From an uncultured Thermodesulfobacteriota bacterium (GTDB lineage: Bacteria; Desulfobacterota; B13-G15), in assembly GCA_964448445.1 (NCBI GenBank), contig CAYVAU010000001.1, forward strand, positions 1-63,758: 63,758 nt of DNA. Direction: 5' to 3'. How positions within the stretch are numbered: position 1 is the stretch's first letter; every line of letters begins with the position of its first letter. The notes below the pieces were generated by a model that did no database searches, had not been told where the DNA came from, and worked only from the letters and a program-made list of their open reading frames with translations. Of this stretch, positions 19,954-30,828 are shown one piece after another. Position numbers and translations under genes: made by a program.

Positions 19954-21184
19954 AGACGATGAACTTGGTGGTAGTGAGGTCTTCGGCCCCCATGGGACCG
20001 AAGGCGTGAAGCTTGGTGGTGCTTATGCCTATCTCGGCCCCGAGGCCGAACTGGTAACCGTCGCTGAAGCGGGTGGAGGCATTGACCAGCACCGTTGACG
20101 AATCCACCTCCCGCAGGAACCGCTGGGCGTTGCGGTAATCCGAGGTGATTATGGCATCGGTGTGCTTTGACCCATATTTGAGGATGTGATCGATGGCATC
20201 ATCTATCCCGTCCACCACCCTCACGGCCAAAATCAGGTCCAGATACTCCGCATACCAGTCCTCTTCGGTCGCATCCTTGACCCAAGGCAGGATCTCCTTG
20301 GTCCTGGGACAGCCTCTGAGTTCGACACCGGCCTCCCTGAACCTTTCCCCCATGGGGGGGAGGAACTGGGGGGCTATCTCCCGGTGCACAAGCAGGGTTT
20401 CCATGGCGTTACAGACCGCGGGTCTCTGGACCTTTGCGTTGAAACAGACCTCTATGGCCATCTTAAGGTCCGCTGAGCGATCCACAAAGATGTGACACAC
20501 GCCCTTGTAATGCTTCAATACGGGGATTCGGGCGTTTTCCGCGACAAACCTTATGAGCTCCTCGCCTCCACGGGGGATGATGAGATCTATGTAATCCTCG
20601 AGCTTCAGCATCTCCCTCACGGCCTCTCGGTCCGTTACGGGGACAACCTGCACGGCCTCAGGGGGGATGCCACTTGACTTGAGGGCCCTCTGAATGACCC
20701 TGGCGATGGCCAGGTTAGAGTTTATGGCCTCCGATCCTCCTCTCAGGATCACGGCATTTCCCGCCTTGAGACACAGTCCCGCTGCATCCGAGGTCACATT
20801 GGGCCTTGACTCGTAAATGACCCCTATCACACCCAGGGGAATGCGCATCTTGCCGACCAGAAGGCCATTGGGCCTCCTCCACATCTTCACCACTTCCCCC
20901 ACAGGGTCAGGCTGCGAGGCTATCTCCGCGAGGCTTTGGGCCATATCCCGGATCACCTTCTCGGAAAGGGCCAGCCTGTCAAGCATCGCCCGAGAGAGCC
21001 CCTTTTTGTGGGCATACTCCAGGTCCTTTTGGTTCTCCGAAAGGAGGAAGTCCTTCTCCTCAAGGAGCCCTTCTGCCATCCTCCTCAGGGCCTCATCCTT
21101 TTGGGCCGAGGAAAGCGTTGCCAGTCGGGGAGCGACGGCCTTGGCCGCCTTGGCCATCTTGAGGATTTCCTCCCTGATCTCCAC
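19928..21184 (-). CDS. proA: glutamate-5-semialdehyde dehydrogenase (gamma-glutamyl phosphate reductase)
   Basis: ALDH-like ProA pattern ([33 protein letters not shown]). The track ORF extends to 21373. In-frame GTG at 21184, preceded by GGAGGGG, gives a typical 418-aa product. Confidence 0.9.
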   Translation of the reverse strand: MEIREEILKMAKAAKAVAPRLATLSSAQKDEALRRMAEGLLEEKDFLLSENQKDLEYAHKKGLSRAMLDRLALSEKVIRDMAQSLAEIASQPDPVGEVVKMWRRPNGLLVGKMRIPLGVIGVIYESRPNVTSDAAGLCLKAGNAVILRGGSEAINSNLAIARVIQRALKSSGIPPEAVQVVPVTDREAVREMLKLEDYIDLIIPRGGEELIRFVAENARIPVLKHYKGVCHIFVDRSADLKMAIEVCFNAKVQRPAVCNAMETLLVHREIAPQFLPPMGERFREAGVELRGCPRTKEILPWVKDATEEDWYAEYLDLILAVRVVDGIDDAIDHILKYGSKHTDAIITSDYRNAQRFLREVDSSTVLVNASTRFSDGYQFGLGAEIGISTTKLHAFGPMGAEDLTTTKFIVYGDGQIRT

Positions 21185-21323
21185 GGTTACCCCTCCGAGT
21201 TTGGATTGAGAAAAACCAATATCATGCCCCCCTGCCTTTGACAAGACGCGCTTCCCCTTCACCTTGAAAAAGGGGGCGGATTCAAATAACCTTTCTTCCT
21301 TTAGGGATTTAGGGAGGATTGTG

Positions 21324-24300
21324 ATGGAGAAGATCTTCATCGGCATAGATGTCGGCTCTGTAAGCGCCAACACGGTTCTGATGGACCCGAGGGGAAGGGT
21401 CCTTGAAGAGCACTACGACCGGATAAAGGGGCAGCCTCTAAGGACTGTGAGGGACAGGCTCAGAGAGATCCTCTCCCGGATACCCCAACGGGAGATCCGG
21501 GGGGTCGCCTTTACCGGCAAAGGGGCAAAGCTTTTGTCGGAGGTCCTGAAGGCCCCCTTTTACAACGAGATAGTGGCCCAGAGCAAGGCCATTGAGCGTT
21601 TCTATCCCCAGGCCAGGACCATTATAGACATAGGGGGGCAGGATTCCAAATTCATTCTGCTGGAGGAGGAGGGTTCAGGGCTTAGGATCCGTGACTTCGG
21701 CATGAACACCCTCTGTGCGGCTGGCACGGGGAGTTTTTTGGATCAGCAGGCGAGCCGTTTGGGCCTGACCATAGAGGAGTTTTCACTTCTGGCCTTAAAA
21801 TCGGAGAACCCTCCCAGGATCGCAGGACGCTGTAGCGTCTTCGCAAAAAGCGATATGATCCACCTGCAGCAGATAGCAACGCCCGATTACGACATCGTGG
21901 CCGGGCTCTGTTACGCCCTGGCCAGGAATTTCAAGGGGAATATCGCCAAGGGGGCAGAGCTCAAGCCGGTGGTCGTATTCATCGGTGGGGTGGCCGCCAA
22001 TGCCGGGATGCGCAAGGCGCTCAGGGAGGTCTTGAGCCTCCGGGAGGAGGAGTTCCTCGTACCCCAGCATTTTGCCTCCATCGGTGCCATAGGGGCGGTG
22101 CTTCTGGCCCAGGAGGAGGGTGCCTTTGGGGGTTTTGAGGGGCTTGAGCCCCTGGATCGCTTCATAGGGTCCTGGAGGGAGCAGCACAGCGCTTGGGAGC
22201 CGCTGCAGCTTCGGGCCGAACACCTGGAGCCGAAGTCCAGGGTCTACATCCCCCAGGTCCCCCCTGAGAAGAAGATACCTGCCTACCTGGGGATAGATGT
22301 CGGCTCCATCTCCACCAACCTCGTGGTCATAGACTCGGAGGGGAGGGTCCTGGCCAAGCGGTATCTGATGACCGCGGGACGGCCCATCGAGGCCATCCGC
22401 CAGGGATTGAAGGAGATAGGGGATGAGATAGGCCATCTTGTGGAGATCCAGGGGGTTGGGACCACGGGATCGGGCAGGTACCTGACCGGGGATTATGTGG
22501 GGGCGGATGTCGTCAGGAACGAGATAACTGCACAGGCCACTGCGGCCATCCATATCGACCCCGAGGTGGATACGATCTTTGAGATCGGCGGGCAGGATTC
22601 CAAGTACATAAGCATTGACCGCGGGGTCATAGTGGACTTCGAGATGAACAAGGTGTGCGCTGCCGGGACGGGAAGCTTCCTGGAGGAGCAGGCCGAGAGG
22701 CTCGGGCTGGACATAAAATCGGACTTCCAGAAACTGGCCCTCTCTGCTCGCTCCCCCGTGAAGATGGGCGATCGATGCACGGTCTTCATCGAGTCGGACC
22801 TCATCCACCATCAGCAACGCGGGGCCAAGACCGACGACCTCGTGGCAGGCCTATGCTACTCCATAGTCCTCAACTACCTGAACCGGGTCGTCGGCGACAG
22901 GAGGATCGGCCAGCGGATCTTCTTCCAAGGGGGGACGGCCTTCAACAAGGGGGTTGTGGCGGCCTTCGAGAAGGTCCTGGGGCGCCCGATAACGGTCCCG
23001 GAAAATCACGAAGTCACAGGGGCCATAGGGGCGGCCCTTCTGGCCATGAAGGAGAGGACCTGGGAAAAATCCAACTTCAAGGGCTTTGATCTCTCCAAGC
23101 GCCGCTACGAGATAAAGACCTTCGAGTGCAAGGGCTGTCCCAATCACTGCCTGATAAGGAAGGTCACCATCGAGGGGGAGAAGCAGCCGCTTTTTTACGG
23201 CAGTAGGTGTGAAAAATACGATGTGCTCAGGCGGAGGCGCAAATCCGAGATCCCCAACCTGTTCCGCGAGAGGGAAAGGTTGCTCCTTGCCCCCTATCCG
23301 GGGGAAGAGGGACTTGGGGATGATGCCCCCGTCATAGGGGTACCGAGGTGTCTGACCTTTCACGAATTCATACCCTTCTGGAAGGCCTTTTTCGCCGAGC
23401 TGGGCTTCAGGGTGGTGCTTTCCGATCCCACCAACAAGGAGCTCATAAGGAAAGGGGTCGAGGCGGTGGTGGCCGAGACCTGCTTCCCTGTGAAGGTAGC
23501 CCACGGCCATGTCTTGAACTTAATAGAGAAGGGAATAAAGAGGATCTTTGTACCGAGTATAGTGGGGGTGCCCAGGATGAAGGAGGACTTTGAGCACTCC
23601 CAGACCTGCCCCTATGTTCAGGCCTTCCCCTACGTTGTGCGCTCGGCCATACCCTTTGAGCAGTACGGGGTGGAGGCCTTAACCCCTGTGGTTCCCTTCG
23701 GCTGGGGAGAGGAAGAGGTGGAGGAGGCCCTTATAGAGTTCGGTAAGCAGTTGGGAAGGAGCCCTTCTCAGATCAGGTGGGCCATAAGGTGTGCCTGGGA
23801 CTTCTACCACCGCTTCCAGAAGGCCTTGAAGGCCCGTGGGCGTCAAGTCCTTAGGGAGTTGAAGGACTGGGAAAGGGCCATGGTGATTGTAGGCAGACCC
23901 TATAACACCTGTGACCCCGAGGTGAACCTGGATATCCCCGAAAAGCTCAGGGATCTGGGTGTGTTGTCCATTCCCATGGACTTTTTGCCCCTTGAGGAGG
24001 CCGCTGACCGCGAGGGCATAAGGGAGATGTATTGGAGGTATGGTCAGAGGATCCTGGCTGCAGCCTACCTGATCCGGGAGGACAAGAGGCTTTATCCCAT
24101 CTACATCTCCAACTTCGGCTGCGGTCCCGATTCCTTCATCATCCATTTCTTCAGGGAGACAATGGGAGAGAAGCCCTCCCTGGTTTTGGAGATCGACGAG
24201 CACAGCGCCGATGCCGGCATAGTAACGCGGCTTGAGGCTTACCTGGATAGCCTGAAGAACGCCCGTCCCAGATCCCCCAAACCCCAAAGAAGGGGGCGCA

Positions 24301-25532
24301 TCGGGGGTGATCCGAGTCGCGTCATTTACATCCCCTATATGTGCGACCATGCCTATGCCTTCAAGGCCGCCTTTGAGGCCTGTGGGATTCAGGCCGAGGT
24401 CTTTCCGGAATCGGACCAGGAGACCCTTTACTGGGGCAGGAAATATACCTCGGGCAAGGAGTGCTATCCCTGTGTGCTCACCACCGGGGACATGATCAAG
24501 GTCGTGAAGAGGCCGGACTTCGATCCCAAGCGGGTGGCCTTCTTCATGCCCTCGGGCAATGGCCCCTGCCGGTTCGGTCAGTACCACCGCTTCCACAGGA
24601 AGGTCCTTGATGAGCTGGGTTTCCCCGAGGTCCCCATCTATTCGCCCAACCAGGATGAGACCCTTTACCGCGACCTGGGGATCCTCGGATCCAAATTTTC
24701 GAGGCTTGGCTGGTGGGCCATTGTGGGGGTGGATCTTTTGCAGAAGAAGGTCCTGGAGACACGGCCCTATGAGCTCACCCCCGGGGAGACCGACAGGGTT
24801 TACTGGGAGTGCCTTGAGGGCTTCTGCAATCTGCTGAGGGGGGACCCCAAGATGGAAGAGGTGGTTCAGTATCTGCTTGAGGCGAGGCGCAAGCTCGATC
24901 GGATCCCCGTGACCGGCAAGGGATCGAAACCGAAGATAGGGGTCGTGGGGGAGATCTATGTGAGGCTGAACCGCTTTGCCAACGAGGATGTCGTCAGGAA
25001 GATCGAGGCCTTGGGAGGGGAGGTGAGGCTCGCCCCCCTTGTGGAGTGGATCCATTACATAAATAAGATGGCCAAGCGCCGGGCGAAAAAACGCGGGCAC
25101 TTCAAGAACCTCCTCGGGATCCTGCTGAAGGAGTATTACCAGAGGAGGGATGAAAGGAGGCTGGCCCAGGCCTTCTATGGGGCCATAGAGGAGCCGGAGG
25201 AGCCCCCCACCGAGTGGATCCTTGAGCTTGCCAGCCCTTATGTCCACGACTCCTTCGAAGGGGAGGCCATACTGACCATAGGTAAAACCGTGGATTACGC
25301 CCTCAAAGGGGCTTCGGGGGTGGTGAACGTCATGCCCTTCACCTGTATGCCCGGGACGATCACCACAGCCATCCTCAAACGTTACAGGGAACTCAACGGG
25401 AACTTCCCCGTGCTTAACATCTCCTACGATGGCCAAGAACAAAGCGATGTGCTGATGCGGCTTGAGGCCTTCATGTACCAAGTCAGGCAGTACTGGAGAA
25501 GGGCACAAGATAGGACCTCACGGGGTTCCTGA
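21324..25532 (+). CDS. fusion protein: two BcrAD/BadFG/HgdC-type ASKHA ATPase (activase) modules plus a 2-hydroxyacyl-CoA-dehydratase-like module (about 1400 aa)
   Basis: Two repeats of IGIDVGS(V/I)S(A/T)N...DIGGQDSK...MN(T/K)(L/V)CAAGTGSFL...(G/D)RC(S/T)VF, then CKGCPNHC...SRCEKYD, then a long DUF2229/HgdB-like region. ATG at 21324 is preceded by AGGGAGGA. Confidence 0.85.
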   Translation: MEKIFIGIDVGSVSANTVLMDPRGRVLEEHYDRIKGQPLRTVRDRLREILSRIPQREIRGVAFTGKGAKLLSEVLKAPFYNEIVAQSKAIERFYPQARTIIDIGGQDSKFILLEEEGSGLRIRDFGMNTLCAAGTGSFLDQQASRLGLTIEEFSLLALKSENPPRIAGRCSVFAKSDMIHLQQIATPDYDIVAGLCYALARNFKGNIAKGAELKPVVVFIGGVAANAGMRKALREVLSLREEEFLVPQHFASIGAIGAVLLAQEEGAFGGFEGLEPLDRFIGSWREQHSAWEPLQLRAEHLEPKSRVYIPQVPPEKKIPAYLGIDVGSISTNLVVIDSEGRVLAKRYLMTAGRPIEAIRQGLKEIGDEIGHLVEIQGVGTTGSGRYLTGDYVGADVVRNEITAQATAAIHIDPEVDTIFEIGGQDSKYISIDRGVIVDFEMNKVCAAGTGSFLEEQAERLGLDIKSDFQKLALSARSPVKMGDRCTVFIESDLIHHQQRGAKTDDLVAGLCYSIVLNYLNRVVGDRRIGQRIFFQGGTAFNKGVVAAFEKVLGRPITVPENHEVTGAIGAALLAMKERTWEKSNFKGFDLSKRRYEIKTFECKGCPNHCLIRKVTIEGEKQPLFYGSRCEKYDVLRRRRKSEIPNLFRERERLLLAPYPGEEGLGDDAPVIGVPRCLTFHEFIPFWKAFFAELGFRVVLSDPTNKELIRKGVEAVVAETCFPVKVAHGHVLNLIEKGIKRIFVPSIVGVPRMKEDFEHSQTCPYVQAFPYVVRSAIPFEQYGVEALTPVVPFGWGEEEVEEALIEFGKQLGRSPSQIRWAIRCAWDFYHRFQKALKARGRQVLRELKDWERAMVIVGRPYNTCDPEVNLDIPEKLRDLGVLSIPMDFLPLEEAADREGIREMYWRYGQRILAAAYLIREDKRLYPIYISNFGCGPDSFIIHFFRETMGEKPSLVLEIDEHSADAGIVTRLEAYLDSLKNARPRSPKPQRRGRIGGDPSRVIYIPYMCDHAYAFKAAFEACGIQAEVFPESDQETLYWGRKYTSGKECYPCVLTTGDMIKVVKRPDFDPKRVAFFMPSGNGPCRFGQYHRFHRKVLDELGFPEVPIYSPNQDETLYRDLGILGSKFSRLGWWAIVGVDLLQKKVLETRPYELTPGETDRVYWECLEGFCNLLRGDPKMEEVVQYLLEARRKLDRIPVTGKGSKPKIGVVGEIYVRLNRFANEDVVRKIEALGGEVRLAPLVEWIHYINKMAKRRAKKRGHFKNLLGILLKEYYQRRDERRLAQAFYGAIEEPEEPPTEWILELASPYVHDSFEGEAILTIGKTVDYALKGASGVVNVMPFTCMPGTITTAILKRYRELNGNFPVLNISYDGQEQSDVLMRLEAFMYQVRQYWRRAQDRTSRGS

Positions 25533-25626
25533 GCACTCCTATTCCCTCGACCCTCACCTCTACCACATCCCGTGGCTCGATGGATCTTATGCCCGAAGGG
25601 GTGCCGGTGGCGATGACGTTGCCCAT
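25483..25626 (-). pseudogene. C-terminal relic (47 codons) of a fumarylacetoacetate hydrolase (FAH) family gene
   Basis: My translation gives [47 protein letters not shown]. It matches the FAH C-terminal signature (PGDxIxTGTPxG...GDxVEVxIEGIGxLxNxV). TAG lies immediately upstream, and no homologous upstream sequence is present. Confidence 0.6.
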
Positions 25627-25639
25627 CTAACCACCACGG

Positions 25640-27055
25640 TTGTCCTTCGGATTGAAGACGTTGACACCTATGGATCCCTCGGATAACTTACGCCTTGTGG
25701 GTCTGCGGGTAATCGTCCTTTCGGCAGGTCAAGGAAAGAGGATGAAGTCATCCCTGCCCAAGGTCCTTCATCCCCTACTGGGGAGGCCGATGCTTGAGTG
25801 GGTCCTTGAGGCCGTGAGGCCTCTTGGTCCTGAGAGGGTGACGGTTGTAAGCAGTGAGGAGGAGAGGCTCCTTGAGCACCTTAGGGAGAAGGGGCTCAGG
25901 GTGGTGGTACAGAGGGAGCGCCTTGGTACAGGTCATGCCGTTATGATGGCCCAAGGAGAGCTTGAGGGCTTTCAGGGGACCTCTCTGATCCTTTACGGGG
26001 ATACCCCTCTCCTTCGGCCCAAAACCCTCAAGGGGCTTCTGGAACATCACCTAAAGACCTCTGCAACCCTCACTATCTTAGCGGCAGTCCTTGAGGATCC
26101 CAGGGGATATGGCCGGATCCTGAGGGATGGGGCGGGAAAACCGGTGAAGATCTTGGAGGATGTCGGTCCCGAAAGCGAAGAGCTGAAAGAAGTAAATGTC
26201 GGGGTCTATGCCGTCAGGACCCCCTTTCTGCTTGAGGCCTTAAGGGAGCTTGAGCCCACTAACCGCCAGTCCGAGTACTACCTGACCGACATTGTGGAGG
26301 TCGCCTCAAGGAGGGGGGAGAGGGTTGAGGTCTTTTGGGGTGAGCCTGAAGAGGCGATAGGGGTTAACACCAGAGCGGATCTGGCCAGGGCCCAGGCCGT
26401 TTTAAAGGGAAGGATCCTTGAGAGGTGGATGCAGGAAGGGGTGACCATAGAGGATCCTCAAAGCACCTGGATAGAGCCCGAAGTGGTGATAGGCCACGAT
26501 ACGGTGATAAGGCCTAATTGCTTCCTGCGCGGCAGGACCACCATAGGCCGAGGATGCGTGATAGGGCCCGATGTGGAAATCATCGATTCGGAGATCGGCG
26601 ACGGGGTGCAGGTGAGGTTCTGCTCACACCTTGAGGGTTCGAGGATCTCCTCTGGTGTAGTAATCGGTCCCTTCAGCCGTCTGAGGTCCGGAACGGAGCT
26701 TGAAGAGGGGGTGAGGGTCGGAAACTTCGTGGAGGTGAAGAATTCCAAGCTTGGTGTGGGCACCAAGGCGAATCACCTCGCCTACATCGGCGATGCAGAG
26801 GTGGGAGAAGGGGTCAATATAGGGGCGGGAACCATAACCTGTAATTACGACGGGGTGAGGAAGCACAAAACGATTATCGGTTCCAAAGCCTTCATAGGGA
26901 GCAACGTCTCACTTGTTGCCCCTGTGACGGTGGGAGAGGAGGCGACCATAGGGGCTGGTTCGGTTATCACCAAGGAGGTGCCTCCCTTGAGCCTGGCGGT
27001 GGAAAGGGCGAAACAAAGGATCCTTCCGGGCTGGGCCAAGCGGAGGAAGAAGTAG
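25640..27055 (+). CDS. glmU: bifunctional UDP-N-acetylglucosamine pyrophosphorylase / glucosamine-1-phosphate N-acetyltransferase
   Basis: VLSAGQGKRMKS and YGDTPLL motifs, with C-terminal left-handed beta-helix hexapeptide repeats. The true start is probably ATG 25670 or GTG 25697. Confidence 0.9.
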   Translation: MSFGLKTLTPMDPSDNLRLVGLRVIVLSAGQGKRMKSSLPKVLHPLLGRPMLEWVLEAVRPLGPERVTVVSSEEERLLEHLREKGLRVVVQRERLGTGHAVMMAQGELEGFQGTSLILYGDTPLLRPKTLKGLLEHHLKTSATLTILAAVLEDPRGYGRILRDGAGKPVKILEDVGPESEELKEVNVGVYAVRTPFLLEALRELEPTNRQSEYYLTDIVEVASRRGERVEVFWGEPEEAIGVNTRADLARAQAVLKGRILERWMQEGVTIEDPQSTWIEPEVVIGHDTVIRPNCFLRGRTTIGRGCVIGPDVEIIDSEIGDGVQVRFCSHLEGSRISSGVVIGPFSRLRSGTELEEGVRVGNFVEVKNSKLGVGTKANHLAYIGDAEVGEGVNIGAGTITCNYDGVRKHKTIIGSKAFIGSNVSLVAPVTVGEEATIGAGSVITKEVPPLSLAVERAKQRILPGWAKRRKK

Positions 27056-28885
27056 ATGTGCGGGATAATAGGCTACCTTGGGCCAAGGCCTCCGGTCGAA
27101 GTGCTCTTGGAGGGGCTTAGGAGGCTCGAGTACCGGGGTTATGATTCGGCGGGAATAGGGGTATTTGACGGGTCCCGGATCCGGATAAGGCGCTGTGAAG
27201 GTAAGATCCAGCGGCTTTCTGAACTGCTCCAAGGTCTGACCTTCTCCGGGTCCGTAGGGATCGGGCATACCCGCTGGGCCACCCATGGAGAGCCTTCCGA
27301 ACGCAATGCCCACCCCCATTCGGCCGGGAAGGTTGTCCTTGTACACAATGGGATTGTGGAGAATTACCTTCCCTTAAAGGAGGCCTTAAGGGCCGAGGGG
27401 AGGGTCTTTCGGTCGGAGACCGACACCGAGATCATCGCGCACCTGATAGATCTCGAGCTTGAAAGGGGCTTCGGGCCAGAGGAGGCAGTAAGGAGGGCCT
27501 TGAGGAGGGTGGAGGGATCCTATGCCCTTGCGATCATCTTCGAGGGATATCCCGAACTCCTCATAGGGGCAAGGAAAGAAAGCCCTCTTTTGCTGGGGGT
27601 GGGAGAGGAGGAGTACTTCCTCTCCTCGGATGCGCCAGCGGTCATCCCCTGGACCAGGGACCTAGTGTTTTTGGAAGAGGGCGAGATGGTGGTTGTCACC
27701 CCGAAAGGGTTCAGGGTTACCGATTTTGGGGGTCGCAGCCTTCCCAAGACCCCCCGTCGCGTGGACTGGTCCCCGGCCATGGCCGAAAAGGGGGGATATA
27801 AGCACTTTATGCTCAAGGAGATCCACGAGCAGCCAAACGGTGTGATAGATACCCTGAGGGGGAGGATGCTGGAGGAAGAGGGGCGGGTTTACCTTCAGGA
27901 TTTCCCCTTAAGCGATAAGGAGGTCAGGGGGATTGAGAGGGTGATGCTTGTTGCCTGCGGCACCTCGTGGCACGCCGCCCTCATAGGGGAATATTGGATT
28001 GAGGCCCTGGCGGGGATCCCGGCCAAGGCTGAGATCGCCTCCGAGTTCCGCTATCGAGAGCTTCTGGGGGGACCGAGGACCCTGCTTGTAGCCATTTCCC
28101 AATCGGGGGAGACGGCCGACACCCTGCAAGCGGTGAGGGAGGCAAAACGGAAGGGCTTCAGGACCTTCGGGATCTGCAATGTCTTGGGCTCCACCCTGAC
28201 GCGGGAGACCGAAGGGACCCTCTTTACCCACGCCGGCCCCGAGATCAGCGTGGCTTCCACCAAGGCCTTTACGGCCCAGCTTGCTGCCCTCATGCTTTTG
28301 ACCCTGCACCTTGGGGCCACAAGGGGAAGGCTTCCAAGGGAGGAGGTCCGCCGATACATAAAGCTTCTGCGCACAATCCCGCGGCTCATGGAGGAGGTCT
28401 TAAAACAGGAGTCCTCCATAGTCGAGCTTTCCCGCGCCTATGCGGAGGTCCAGAACTTCCTCTACCTCGGTCGGGGCATTTCCTATCCGGTGGCCCTTGA
28501 GGGGGCGCTTAAGCTCAAGGAGATATCCTATATTCACGCCGAGGGCTACCCCGCCGGGGAGATGAAGCATGGCCCCATCGCCCTGATCGATGAGAAGATG
28601 CCCACAGTAGTGGTGGCCCCGAGGGACAGGACCTATGAAAAGGTCATGGGGAACATTAAGGAGATAAAGAGCAGGAGGGGGAGGATCATAGCGGTCCTCA
28701 ACAGCAGGGATCCCCTCCTTGAGGAGCAGGTGGACTCGGTTATCCTGGTTCCCTCCACCCCTCCCCTTCTCAGCCCCTTTGTGACGGTTTTGCCCCTTCA
28801 GCTTTTTGCCTATCATATAGCCGATTACCGCGGGACCGATGTCGATCAGCCCCGCAACCTCGCCAAAAGCGTGACGGTCGAATGA
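27056..28885 (+). CDS. glmS: glutamine--fructose-6-phosphate aminotransferase (isomerizing)
   Basis: MCGIIGY N-terminal nucleophile, two SIS domains, and the C-terminal KSVTVE. Confidence 0.95.
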   Translation: MCGIIGYLGPRPPVEVLLEGLRRLEYRGYDSAGIGVFDGSRIRIRRCEGKIQRLSELLQGLTFSGSVGIGHTRWATHGEPSERNAHPHSAGKVVLVHNGIVENYLPLKEALRAEGRVFRSETDTEIIAHLIDLELERGFGPEEAVRRALRRVEGSYALAIIFEGYPELLIGARKESPLLLGVGEEEYFLSSDAPAVIPWTRDLVFLEEGEMVVVTPKGFRVTDFGGRSLPKTPRRVDWSPAMAEKGGYKHFMLKEIHEQPNGVIDTLRGRMLEEEGRVYLQDFPLSDKEVRGIERVMLVACGTSWHAALIGEYWIEALAGIPAKAEIASEFRYRELLGGPRTLLVAISQSGETADTLQAVREAKRKGFRTFGICNVLGSTLTRETEGTLFTHAGPEISVASTKAFTAQLAALMLLTLHLGATRGRLPREEVRRYIKLLRTIPRLMEEVLKQESSIVELSRAYAEVQNFLYLGRGISYPVALEGALKLKEISYIHAEGYPAGEMKHGPIALIDEKMPTVVVAPRDRTYEKVMGNIKEIKSRRGRIIAVLNSRDPLLEEQVDSVILVPSTPPLLSPFVTVLPLQLFAYHIADYRGTDVDQPRNLAKSVTVE

Positions 28886-30828
28886 AAAGCCCAAAAGAGC
28901 TTCTCGAGGACCTGAACCCCCAACAAAGGGAGGCGGTCCTGGCGCAAGAGAGGTCGCTTTTGGTCTTCGCCGGGGCGGGAAGCGGAAAGACGAGGGTCCT
29001 CACCTACCGGATCGCCTATCTGATCTCGGCCGGGATGGCCCGGGCAGAGGAGATCCTCGCCGTTACCTTCACCAACAAGGCTGCCCGGGAGATGAAGGAG
29101 AGGCTCCAAGGGCTGCTGGGGGATTCCTTGAAGGGCCTCTGGGTGGGGACCTTCCACGGGATCTGCTCCAGGATCCTCAGGGCCTTCGGTCACCATCTGG
29201 GCATCGGGCGCGATTTCGTCATCTACGACGAGGACGATCAGCTAAAGCTCATCGAGGGGATTCTAAAATCCATGGGCATTGACCCCAAGGCCTTCCCCCC
29301 TTCGAGAATCCTCAAGGAGATCGAGAGGGCCAAAAACCGGGGGATTGGTCCGGAAAGTTATGAGCCCGACCCCTTTGATTTGTTCTCGAAAAGGACCGCC
29401 CAGGTTTATCCCGCCTATCAGGACGTCTTGAGGCGGGCCAATGCCATGGATTATGGGGATTTGCTCCTCTTCTGTCACAAGCTCCTAGAGGTTCCCGAAG
29501 TAAGGGGGCATTTCCACCGCAGGTTCAAGCACCTTTTGGTGGACGAATACCAGGATACTAACTACATCCAGTACCTGCTGCTTCAGGACCTGATGGGTCC
29601 AGAAACCAGGATCATGGTCGTAGGTGATGACGATCAATCCATTTACGCCTGGAGGGGAGCGGAACCCACCAACATCTTGCAGTTCCAGAGGGATTTCCCC
29701 GAGGTAAGGGTTGTAAAACTCGAGCAGAATTACCGCTCCACCAAGACCATCTTAAAAGGGGCAAATGCTCTTGTTGCCCACAACCGCCTGCGAACCCCCA
29801 AATCCCTCTGGACCGAAAACCCCCCTGGCGGCCCCATAGTCCTTTACGGGGCCCAGGACGAGAGGGAGGAGGCCCTCTGGGTCGCACAGACGATCCGGGA
29901 ATCCTCGAGGCCTTTTTCGGATTTTGCCGTCTTTTACCGCATCAGTGCCCAATCCAGGGCCCTGGAGGAGGCCATGATGAAGATGGGCATTCCTTATATC
30001 GTAATCGGGGGGATCAAGTTCTTCGAGAGGAAGGAGATAAAGGACCTTCTGGCCTACCTCCGCCTGATTCAGAATCCAAGGGATGAGGTCAGCCTGAAGA
30101 GGGTGATAAACGTTCCCCCGCGCGGGATAGGACCCAAAGGGATGCAGGCACTGCTTGCCCTCGCTGCAGAGAGGGGAATCAGCCTCTGGGAGGCGCTGAA
30201 GGAGGCCGCAAGGGGCAGGGGTAAGGGGGAACTCAGGAAGTTTGTAGAGCTCATAGAGGATCTCCATCAGAGGAGGAGGGAGCTTGCTCCCGAAAGGCTC
30301 CTTGAGGAGATCGTCGAAAGGACCGGCTACATCGAATACCTCAGGGGTCTCGAGAGAGGGGAGGAGAGGATAGAAAATGTCGGGGAGTTTTTTGAGGCCT
30401 TAAAGGAACGCGAAGGGGAACTGGAGGAGGTGCTCTCCGAATTGAGCCTTATGGCCGATGTGGATGAACTTAAGGACTCAGAGAGGGTGGTGCTCATGAC
30501 GCTACACAGCGCCAAGGGACTCGAGTTCCCGGTGGTGTTCATCGTGGGACTTGAGGAGGGGCTCCTCCCCCACTACCTGAGGTTGGAAAGCCCCCTGGAA
30601 CTGGAGGAGGAGAGGCGGCTCTTTTACGTCGGCATGACCCGGGCCAAGGAGGAACTCTACCTGAGTTACGCCATGAGGCGAGGGATCTTCGGCAGGAGCC
30701 TCGATCGCATGCCCTCCCGCTTCATCCAAGAGATCCCCTCCGAGATCTTGAAACGAGAGGGAAGATATCACTTCTATCGCCCCCAGGGATGGGCATGGGA
30801 GGAGGGACAGTGGGATTACGATATTTAG
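28882..30828 (+). CDS. UvrD/PcrA-type ATP-dependent DNA helicase (648 aa)
   Basis: LNPQQREAV, AGAGSGKTRVL, VDEYQDTN, QNYRST, LMTLHSAKGLEF and YVGMTRAKE motifs. Confidence 0.9.
   Translation: MKSPKELLEDLNPQQREAVLAQERSLLVFAGAGSGKTRVLTYRIAYLISAGMARAEEILAVTFTNKAAREMKERLQGLLGDSLKGLWVGTFHGICSRILRAFGHHLGIGRDFVIYDEDDQLKLIEGILKSMGIDPKAFPPSRILKEIERAKNRGIGPESYEPDPFDLFSKRTAQVYPAYQDVLRRANAMDYGDLLLFCHKLLEVPEVRGHFHRRFKHLLVDEYQDTNYIQYLLLQDLMGPETRIMVVGDDDQSIYAWRGAEPTNILQFQRDFPEVRVVKLEQNYRSTKTILKGANALVAHNRLRTPKSLWTENPPGGPIVLYGAQDEREEALWVAQTIRESSRPFSDFAVFYRISAQSRALEEAMMKMGIPYIVIGGIKFFERKEIKDLLAYLRLIQNPRDEVSLKRVINVPPRGIGPKGMQALLALAAERGISLWEALKEAARGRGKGELRKFVELIEDLHQRRRELAPERLLEEIVERTGYIEYLRGLERGEERIENVGEFFEALKEREGELEEVLSELSLMADVDELKDSERVVLMTLHSAKGLEFPVVFIVGLEEGLLPHYLRLESPLELEEERRLFYVGMTRAKEELYLSYAMRRGIFGRSLDRMPSRFIQEIPSEILKREGRYHFYRPQGWAWEEGQWDYDI

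Noticed and set aside
23679-25508. 609-aa ORF antisense to the giant activase-fusion gene. Similar long antisense ORFs lie at 21795..22817, 2996..4012, 38392..39390 and 36404..37165.
   Set aside because: The translations are P/G/R/H/L-rich, low in complexity and carry no recognisable motif. Each lies exactly opposite a gene with strong family signatures. Scarcity of TTA/CTA/TCA codons in the sense genes explains why the antisense frame stays open.
27040-27060. A glmS ribozyme upstream of glmS.
   Set aside because: glmS starts immediately after the glmU stop with no untranslated leader, so there is no room for a ribozyme.
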